From Rhizophagus irregularis (lineage: Eukaryota), in NCBI RefSeq assembly GCF_026210795.1, contig NC_089434.1, forward strand, positions 2,356,001 through 2,420,000: DNA of 64,000 nt. Reading direction: 5' to 3'. How positions within the stretch are numbered: position 1 is the stretch's first letter; the number at the start of each line of letters is the position of its first letter. The position numbers and the translations under genes are program-made. The notes under the pieces were generated by a model that saw only the letters and a list, made by a program, of their open reading frames with translations, made no database searches and had not been told where the DNA came from. Of the stretch, positions 54,829 through 64,000 are shown piece by piece.

Positions 54829-56444
54829 TATATAAACCAAATTAATCTTTGATTAAATTTTTTTAAAAAGAATGCTTAAATTACCTTGATATGTGTTGAT
54901 TCCAAATTCTTTTGATTTAGATTTTTTTTTCTTGAATTCGCAGATATAGGATTACTACCTTGATGCACAGTATCAAAAAATGTCTGCCCTTGATGTGGAA
55001 AGTACTTAGAAACTACCTTTTCTCCCGATTAATGAGACTCTAAGTCAGAGGAGGCTAGCCTATCGGGCAGGAGTACCCTACAACTTCATCCCTAGGTAGT
55101 CAAAAACCTCGGGTATTCCAGATCATAGCGTATTACATGATTAGTCTTTGGACATGTTGGAATTTGATAAGTAAGAGAAAAAATAACTCTACTGCCAGCG
55201 TTTTGTAAAGAATAATAAAATAATATTTTTAAGTTAGTTCTTTCTTTATTAAATTTTTGAAAAAGTTTTGTTTCTTAAAATCATAATATTGTAAAAAAAT
55301 GCTGGTTGCTACAATTGACGGACAACACGACAAATTGTCAGGCTACCCCCGGACAAAGTAATTGGAAGGCAGAAAATGTCATAAAATATCTAGCCCTATT
55401 TCATAACATTTTCCTTCAGGCTAAAGCAAATATTACAAAAGAAATTGCAAATATATTTAACAAGCAATAGATATATGGCCGTTGAAAAATATATTTACAC
55501 TTATACCACAAAGAAAGACTCAAATCACAACATATTGTAAAGAAAAATATGAAAAATACGCGTATATCCTATTTTCATACCTTGCTTAACAGCTCTACTA
55601 TTTATTTTAAATCGGCTTTTCTCTTTTTTATATGTGGATAGGTGGGCATATTATTTTCTTTCTTTTATTCTTTTCTTTTGAATGAGTTGGTGGGTACATT
55701 TTTTTTATTACTTTGTAAGTTTTAATAAGAAAAGAATTGAAAATAAACAAAAAAAACAATCACATGATTTTATCTATTTTTAGATATCACATGCATGTAA
55801 TCATAATGATCCCTAATTGGTTAATATATATCAATAACAATGATGATTATTGGAGAATTAAGTTGATTTATAATATTATTGATGTAATTATTTATTGGAT
55901 GAACTTATCAATGATTATTGAGAATTTTTTTTATTTATATATATAATTTTATATCATTTTTAATATTTTTAAATATTACAGAATTAATTTTTTTATTATC
56001 TTAAACAACATCGACGTGACATAAATAAAATTACATTGGTAAATTTATATTTCAAAATAATCTGATTGAATAATCATACGTGATATACATCTAATATCCA
56101 ATATGAATAAATTTAGCCACTGCTTTGCATCGGGTATTAATTGATTAATAAGCTTATAATAAATATGGGCGATGGCTCGCAATTATAATTTATTTATACA
56201 GACTAAACGTTTTAATTATATAGATTCTAGATGGCATAATAATGAAGATTAAAGATTATCATTTTTGTTTGCCTGCATAGTTTTTATGTTTATCAGTTGT
56301 TTTTTATAAGCCCAAAAATCAAAAACCAATTAACAATATTATATTAAAAAATAAAGAAAATTTGATATAAGAATATTGTTTATTATTATAATAAAAAATA
56401 TAATAAAAATAATAAACTAAAATAAAAGATTAAAAATGACGATT

Positions 56445-56640
56445 CCAGTGAGGGAAAGGGGAAGGGGAAGGGAAGGGAAAGAGGAAGGAAGAAAGGGAAA
56501 GGGAAAAACGAAAGGGAAGGGAAGGGGAAGGGGAAGGAGAGAACGAAAAGTAAAGGGAAAACGAAAGGGAAGGGGAAGGGGAAGGGAAGAACGAAAGGTA
56601 AAGGGGAAAATGAAAGTGAAGAAGAAGGGAAAGGGGAATT
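56445..56640. repeat. Polypurine GGGAA(G) simple repeat
   Basis: Directly visible. Confidence 0.85.
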
Positions 56641-56699
56641 AGGGTATGATCCTGATAATAATAATAGATTTATTTGTATTCTTTATTTTTAAAAAATAT

Positions 56700-57144
56700 T
56701 AATATAACAACAAACATCTTACCAATATATCCATTAAGTCTCTCATATGAAAAAAGCCAAAAACTATATATGGAACCATAGTCATAAGCTCACAGCAACA
56801 GTCAGAAATATGAAGTGCAAGGTATATGTTGCTTGTTATAAATTCTGGCCCATATGTTCTTTCTATAAGGTGAGCCATGTCCTTCAATCTCTCTTGCGCT
56901 TTTCTCAGATCATCTTCTGTAATAAATCTTGCTACTAAAAGATTCAGTTACATGCTTGAACAAAATGTCCTAAGATTTTTCTATTATTATTATCTAACAT
57001 ATCCCATAGTATAGGCGTGGAATAAATCATAATAAAGGTTTTCCATTGATCAGCAGTTAAATTTGAAAAACCTTCATTTCCAATTGCAATCTTTGGGGGA
57101 TTCTACCGATATCAGAAAATAATTCAATATAATCCATTCTCTTT
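56700..57144 (-). pseudogene. CMC (EnSpm/Mirage-like) transposase fragment
   Basis: SDIGRIP.KI..G..GFSNLTADQWK.FI.IY...ILW, YGPEFIT.N..L.LH..DC and YG..YSFWLFSYERLNG; frameshifted. Confidence 0.78.
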
Positions 57145-60100
57145 TATCAGGAAATTTTTTAAGATGCAGAACTGCGGAGATCTGTAAAATTAGCAGATCT
57201 CCGCATTTTTTTTGTGAATTTATGCGGAAGTCTGTGATTTTGCAGATTTCTGCTTTTTATTTTTTACAAAGTTATGCAATAATCTGCAATTTTGCAAGTT
57301 TCCGATTTTTTATGTATTAATTTCTGCGGTAATCTGCGATTTTGCAGATTTCTGCTTTTTTTTATGTGAAATTTATGCGAAAGTCTGCAATTTTGCAGAT
57401 TTTTGCTTTTTTTTCATTAAAATATCAGTTCGATCTGCAATCTCATCATTGATTTAATATTTAAACTTTAATTAACTCTAACTTGATTTAATACCTAAAT
57501 GATTTTTTCTACAATACTCTTTAAAAAAAAAAAACTTTACAAGACTTTAAAAAAATAATTTTTTCTACAACACTTATTACTAAAGAAAAAAACTTTGTGA
57601 AATAATTTTTCTACAACACTTTTTAGGAAATAATCTGTTAAAAATTTTAAAGAAAAAATATTTCTATTATTTTTTAAGCTTCGAAACTTATCAGAGAAAT
57701 TTTTTTTTTAAAAAAAAAAATTTATTTGCAAGGTTCGGAGTCTTTAAGGCAAATTTGTCCAACATTTGGCACATAATCTGCAACATGCAGGAAAATTAGA
57801 ACCAAAAAAAGGAGTCGTATTCCTTTTTTTCTTTGAAAAAAAAAATTTTTTTTTAATGAACGTCAGTTAACGTTCAGTTTGTAAGTCAAGAACATAATAG
57901 AGTCTATTGTCAATTTAATTTGGAGGTATATCACCTCTGAAACTTTAATTATTTTAGAGAAAAAAAAAATTTTTTATATTATATAGGTTCCAGATGGAAT
58001 CTATCGATGATTTTAGTTGGAATTCGGAGGTATGCTTACCTCCGAAATTTAATTTATTTTTTTAAAAAAAATTTTTTTTTATATTATATAGGTTCGGATA
58101 GAACCTATCAGATATTGGAATTCAGAGGTATGCTTACCTCGAATCTTAATTAATTTTTTTTTAAAAAAAATAATTTTTTTTATATTATATAGGTTCTGGA
58201 TAGAACCTATCAAAGATATTGGAATTCAGAGGTATGCTTACCTCCGAATCTTAATTTATTTTTTTAAAAAAAAATAATTTTTTTTATATTATATAAGTTC
58301 CGGATGGAACCTATCAAAGATATTGGAATTCGGAGGTATGCTTACCTCTGAATCTTAATTAATTTTTTTTTAAAAAAAATAATTTTTTTTATATTATATA
58401 GGTTCCAGATGGAACATCAAAGATATTGGAATTCGGAGGTATGCTTACTCTGAATCTTAATTAATTTTTTTTAAAAAAATTTTTTTAATTTTTTATTATA
58501 TAGGTTCCAGATGGAACCTATCGAAGATATTGGAATTCGGAGGTATGCTTACTCTCCTGAATCTTAATTTATTTAAAAAAAAAATAATAATTTTTTATTT
58601 ATATTATATAGGTTCTGGATGGAACCTATCGATGATTTTGAAATTCGGAGGTATACTAACTTCTGAATCTTTAATTTATTTTTTAAAAAAAAAATAATTT
58701 TTATTATATTATATAGGTTCCGGATGGAACCTATTGATGATTTTTGGAATTCGGAGGTATGCTTACCTCCGAATCTTAATTTATTTTAAAAAAATAATTT
58801 TTTATTTAACAAACGCCACTAATGTTCGTTTTTCATATTTTTGCTCCCAAGCTAAAGTACGGCTCCGGACATTTTTTTTTAATTAAGTTATCTAACGAAC
58901 GTTGCTAACGTTCGATTATAGATCCTGGACACTGAAGAACGGTTCCAGACATTTATTTTGAAGGTAAAACCTTTACCTTCAAAATTTTTTTTTATATTTT
59001 TGTTTAACAAACGTCGCTAACGTTCGTTTTTTATTTTTTTTAGGTCCTGAACGCCAAAGTACGGCTTCGGACATTTATTTCAAAGGTAAAATTTACCTCC
59101 AAATTTTTTTTATTTTATTTATACCTACGAACGTTAATTTACGTTCGTTTTTACATTTTATAGGTCCTGGACGCCAAAGTACGGCTCCGGACGTTAATTT
59201 CGAAGGTAAAACCTTTACCTTCAATTTTTTTTTTATTATTATTTAACGAACGTTAATTAATGTTCGTTTTTATATTTTATAGGTCCTGGACGCCAAAACC
59301 AGCTCCGGACTTTACTTTGAAGGTAAAACCTTCGAAAAAAAAAAATTTTTTTTTGTTAACTTTATTGACGAACGTTAACTAACGTTTCGTCTTATTTTTT
59401 TTAGATAAAAGAAGCCGAAACTGAGTTTCGGGTTCCTATATCAAAGGTAAAACAAACCTTCGAATTTTTTTTTCTTTTTATTTAAACGAACGTTCACTAA
59501 CGTTCATTATTCTTTTTTTTTAGGTAAAGGAAGCCGAAAGAACTTCCATATCAAAGGTAAAATCTTCGATTTTTTTTTTATTATTTTATTTAATGAACGT
59601 TACTAATTCTAACGTTCATTTTTTACTTCAGTATTACTGCACCGTACGAAACCGAAAGGCAGGTTCCGGTCTCCTATTTTGAAGGTAAGGCTTCAAAATT
59701 TCATTTTACTTTTTTTCTTTTATTTTAGCGAAAAGTTTACTAACGTTTCATTTTTCTTTTTGTAGGACTACGGCATTCCGGACGCTTTGTGGGCTCCATT
59801 TCGAAGGTATATTATCCTTTATATTCTTCGAAAGTGTTTATTTTTATTAGTTTTTTTTACAAACGTTAACTAACGTTCGTTTTCATTTTTGTAGGTCCAA
59901 GACGCCGAAAGTACATGTCTCGGATTTAATTTCGAAGGTAAATAACTTCGAAAAAAAAGGAGTCTCTTTTTTTTTTAACGAACGTTCACTAACGTTCGTT
60001 TTTCTCTTTCTTTGTACGCTGAAGGACTTTAATTTCGAAGGTAAACTTTGATTTTATTTTTATTTTTTATTTAATTTTTTTTTGTTTATTTTAAGGAAGC

Positions 60101-61782
60101 GTTATTAACATTTCAATTTTCTTTTTTTAGGTTTCTGGCTCTCCTGAATTCTCCTGGACGGAATTTCGAAGGTATTTCTTCGAAATTCTTTTATTTTTTT
60201 TATCTTATTGTTGTAAAAGAACGTTTTTAACATTCTTTATTTTTTTTTTTTAGATTTTCGGCTCTCTGGTTTCAGCCTGGACGGAATTTTCAACATGGTT
60301 AGTTTCGTAACGAACTTTTCGTTACGAAACTATTTTTTTTTTATTTTATTTAAACGAAACGTTACTAACGTTTCGATTTCTTTTTCTTTTGTAGGTTATC
60401 CGGTAGCCACCTGGATTGGATGGGATTTCGAAGGTGAAACTTCGAAATTATTGTATTTTCATTTTTTATTTGAACGAAACGTAAACTAACGTTTCGATAT
60501 TATTCTTTCGTAGGTTGGCGGCTTCCTGTAACCCTTCTGAAAAGAATTTCGAAGGTATACTTCGAAATTCTTTTACTTTTTTTATTATTTGTGACGAAAC
60601 GTTACTAATTTTTCAGTTTTCTTTTTTTTTGTAGTTTGACGGCTTCCTGTGAACCTTTCCGATTACAACATTCAAAAAGAATCCACTCTTCCATCTTTCT
60701 CCGTCTTCGTGACGATATGCAAATTTTTGTTAAAAAACTATTACTTTGGAAGTTGAGTCTTCTGGAATGAATTTTGAAGGTAAACTTTGAAATTCTTTTA
60801 CTTTTTTTGTTTTTTTATTTGAACGAAACGTTTACTAACGTTTCAATTTTCCCTTTTTACGGCTGTCCAGATGCCTTCTGGATGAAATTTCGAAGGTAAA
60901 ACTTCGAAAAAATAATTTTTTTTGTTTTATTTTAACAAATGTTTATTGACGTTTGTTTTTATTTTTGTAGATCCAGGATGCTGCCGGACTTTCATATCGA
61001 AGGTAAAACCTTCAAAAATTATTTTTTATTAATTAATTTATTGACGAACGTTAACTAACGTTCGTACATCTTTTTTTTTAGGTAAAGGAAGCCGAAAGAC
61101 AAGTTCCGGACTCCCATATCAAAGGTAAAACCTTCCAAAATTATTTTTTATTAATTTATTTGACGAACGTTAGTAACGTTCGTATTTCTTTTATTTTAGG
61201 TCCTGGGTTCCCATTTAAAGAACTTCAAAAGTAAATACTTTGAAGTTTCTTTTTTTTTTACTTCTTTAACAATCGTTATATTAATGATCATTTTTTCTTC
61301 TATGTTTAGGTCCCAGACTGCTGGGTTAGATATTTCAAAGCTGCTTGCTTCGAAATTTTTTTTCGTTTGTAGGTATCCGTTGTTCGTTGGAATCGAACCA
61401 ACTGGAACAATATCCAAACTATTAACAACATGTAAATGTGCAGTAAAGAGATGATGAATAGCAAGTATCTAGTAATAGATTTCAATTGTATTTGTAAACT
61501 TGTTAATATATAATAAAAAAGTAATTTTGATTATATAAATAAATTAGTAATTAATGCAATAAATTAATTTGTATTATTGTGACGCAGATTTTTACTGAAA
61601 AAAATTGCTGAGGTATTTCGAAGGTTTTTATTTAAAAATCTGCGCAGAACTTTGTTATTTATAAAATTTGCGCAGTTTTTTATTGGATTTTTCCTCTAAT
61701 GTTTTGCGCCAGGGTATAAAATCTGCGCAGATATAATTTCTGAAAATCTGCGCAGATCTGCTCCCCAAAAAATTTCCCGATG
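57145..61782 (+). mobile_element. Non-autonomous CATC-type element (~4.6 kb) with the longest micro-exon array
   Basis: Ends TATCAGGAAATTTTTT / CCCCAAAAAATTTCCCGATG match 19347-23530; no TSD match on the right. Confidence 0.75.
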
Positions 61783-62310
61783 GATAATGAGAGAGTAAAA
61801 ATGATGATGAAAAAATATAAAGGAACGAAAAGATGATGAAAGAGTGAAAATGATGATGAAATAACATAAAGGGATGAAATATATGATGAGGAAGTGAAAA
61901 TGATGATGAAAAAATGTAAACAAATAAAATAGATGATGAGGGAGTAAAAATGATGATGAAAAAGCATAAACAAACAAAATAGATAATGAGGGAGTGAAAA
62001 TAATGATAAAAAAACATAAACAGATAAAATAGATGATGAAGAAGTGAAAATGATGATGAAAAAATGTAAAGAGATGAAATAGATGATAAGGGAGTAAAAA
62101 TGATAATGAACAAACATAAACAAATAAAATAGATGATGAGGAAGTGAAAATGATGATGAAAAAATGTAAAGAGATGAAATAGATGATGAGGAAGCGAAAA
62201 TAATGATGAAATAATGTAAAAGGGATGAAAGGATAATGAAGGAGCAAAAGTAATAATAAAAGTATAAAAGAAACAAAGTGAAAGTGATAAGAAAGTGATG
62301 ATAAAACAAA
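61783..62310. repeat. ~50 bp GATGAT-rich tandem repeat
   Basis: AAATAGATGATGAGGRAGTGAAAATGATGATGAAAAAA units, about 10 copies. Confidence 0.85.
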
Positions 62311-63106
62311 GAGAAAGCAAAAGGAATGATATAAAGAATAAAAAGAATAAAAAACTGATTAGTATTGTAACTACTATTTAGTAATAAAAAAACAATAACA
62401 ATAAAACAGTAAGAAAGCAAACCTTACCTTAAATTCCTTGAAACTATTTGAAATTATTGTTATCTAAAGAAGACGAAGTTAGCAAAAAGCAAGCAAAAAA
62501 AATAAAAAAAATTTATTTTCAAAACAAAAATATTTTAACGTGTAAAAAGTGTGTAGCATGAAAATCACCTGTGAACTTTTACGGGGTAAAATTAAAATTT
62601 TAATAATTTGCAGATCAAGGTGAAATTCACCAGAGGTAAATGTAAAATTAATCCTATTTTTTATTATTTTTTTAGGTATTGGTGAGACCCTTTACTTTAA
62701 ATTAGTAAATTTCAAAAATTTCATTTTTTTGAAACTTTAATTTTTTTTACTTTTTTTTAAAAAATTTTTTTCTTTTATTTTGTAGGAATTTTTGGGAATA
62801 ATAAGTTTTGAAAGTAATATTTACTTTTGAAACTTTATTTTTTTTTATTTTGTAAATATCGGTTGTGATCTTTGAAATCATAAATTTCAAAAAAAAAAAA
62901 TTCTTTTCAAAACTTCAATTGATTTTTTTAATTTTTTCTTTATTTTATAAATATCGGTTAGAACCTTTAGGCAGAATAGTAAGTTTTGAAAAGGATCATG
63001 TTTTTTTACAACTTCAAATTTTATTACTTTATTTTTATACAGACACATCAGGAGTCAATTATAACAATTTTAATATGATCACGTGTTAGTGCATTAAAGT
63101 ATATAA

Positions 63107-63336
63107 CCCAACAGTACCCAGAAAAATTCTTCGATCACGTGATCTGTTTTATTTATCATATCGTCACATCCTGTCCGAGTTTCACTGTTTATATTTATCT
63201 GAGGGACTTATTTTTTCAAGTAGATGAAATTCTATTTGTCACGTTTTATTCATCACATCCTAAATACTTCGATCACGTGTCAGTGCTTAACGCCGGCCGA
63301 GTTCGAAGAATTTTCTGGGTGCCGTTGGGGTAGTTA
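63107..63336. mobile_element. Small MITE-like element
   Basis: CCCAACAGTACCCAGAAAAATTCTTCGA / TCGAAGAATTTTCTGGGTGCCGTTGGG. Confidence 0.6.
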
Positions 63337-64000
63337 TTAAAGTAGGATCGCACGTGACGTTCCCTGATGGGTTTGTAGGGGTTTTCTTATTTTACAACTA
63401 TTTAAAAATCATGTAAATGATGTAATATAATATAACTTTGGTTAATTTTGACTTTAACTTTGATTTGAATATTTAAAAAAGAGTTTGTATATTAAGAATT
63501 TCTTTTTTACAAATTTTTGTTACAGAATATACAGTACATTCATTATACGGATTATACGGAGAGGCAAGATATACATTTATTTATATTTTTTTTAACAGTT
63601 AAAAAAATTATATTCTAAAAGTTGACAAATAATAAAGTTGATCATGTGGATAATGGTCATATGGGTCATATGATGATGATAGATAAATTTTTTTGTCGCG
63701 TCTATTTAGTCTATTTGTCTACGAGTCGTCAGAAAGTCACTCATTTTCGTAAAAGAAATGAAAAAGCATACGCTTCGAAAAACAAAAGGTGAATTACATT
63801 TTTTATTTTTTCATTTGAGCTATATTAATTTTTTGGATAATTGCAGGACTTATGACCGCGTGTGAACATGCTGATGCCTTACAAAGTGATCTAAAAACGA
63901 CCATTATCGAGAGAAATTCAGCTCAAGTTTCATTGAATTCCCCGGAAAAGGCCAAATATATTATAAACAATGCGAATGATAGCTCGTTTCGTTCATATAG

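Noticed and set aside
56436..56642. G/R/K-rich ORF
   Set aside because: Polypurine simple repeat.
57900..61380. CRISPR-like repeat/spacer pattern
   Set aside because: The apparent spacers are homologous to each other and bounded by splice signals.
61655..62420. Three overlapping hydrophobic ORFs of 183-246 aa
   Set aside because: Artefacts of the GATGAT tandem repeat, open in all three minus frames.
63850..64000. Possible gene start at the window edge
   Set aside because: Too short to support a call.

Overview
Very AT-rich, intron-containing eukaryotic DNA. The short GT-AG introns, TE content and protein families suggest a Glomeromycotina (Rhizophagus-like) fungus; this is an inference, not a database match. 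Only one apparently intact host gene is present (TTC39/IML2-like, about 3590-5989). Most of the rest is nested mobile DNA: MULE, hAT, Tc1/mariner-type, Zator and CMC/EnSpm-like elements and an RNase H LINE. A decayed virus-like block (zinc-ribbon repeat PD-(D/E)XK nuclease plus A32-type packaging ATPase) sits next to a decayed multi-exon REase-like gene. The most striking unexplained pattern is that several unrelated non-autonomous transposons carry long tandem arrays of 20-50 nt micro-exon plus short intron units. In these units the 5' splice site and the branch point often lie inside short, co-varying inverted repeats. Coordinates were counted by eye and may be off by a few bases.
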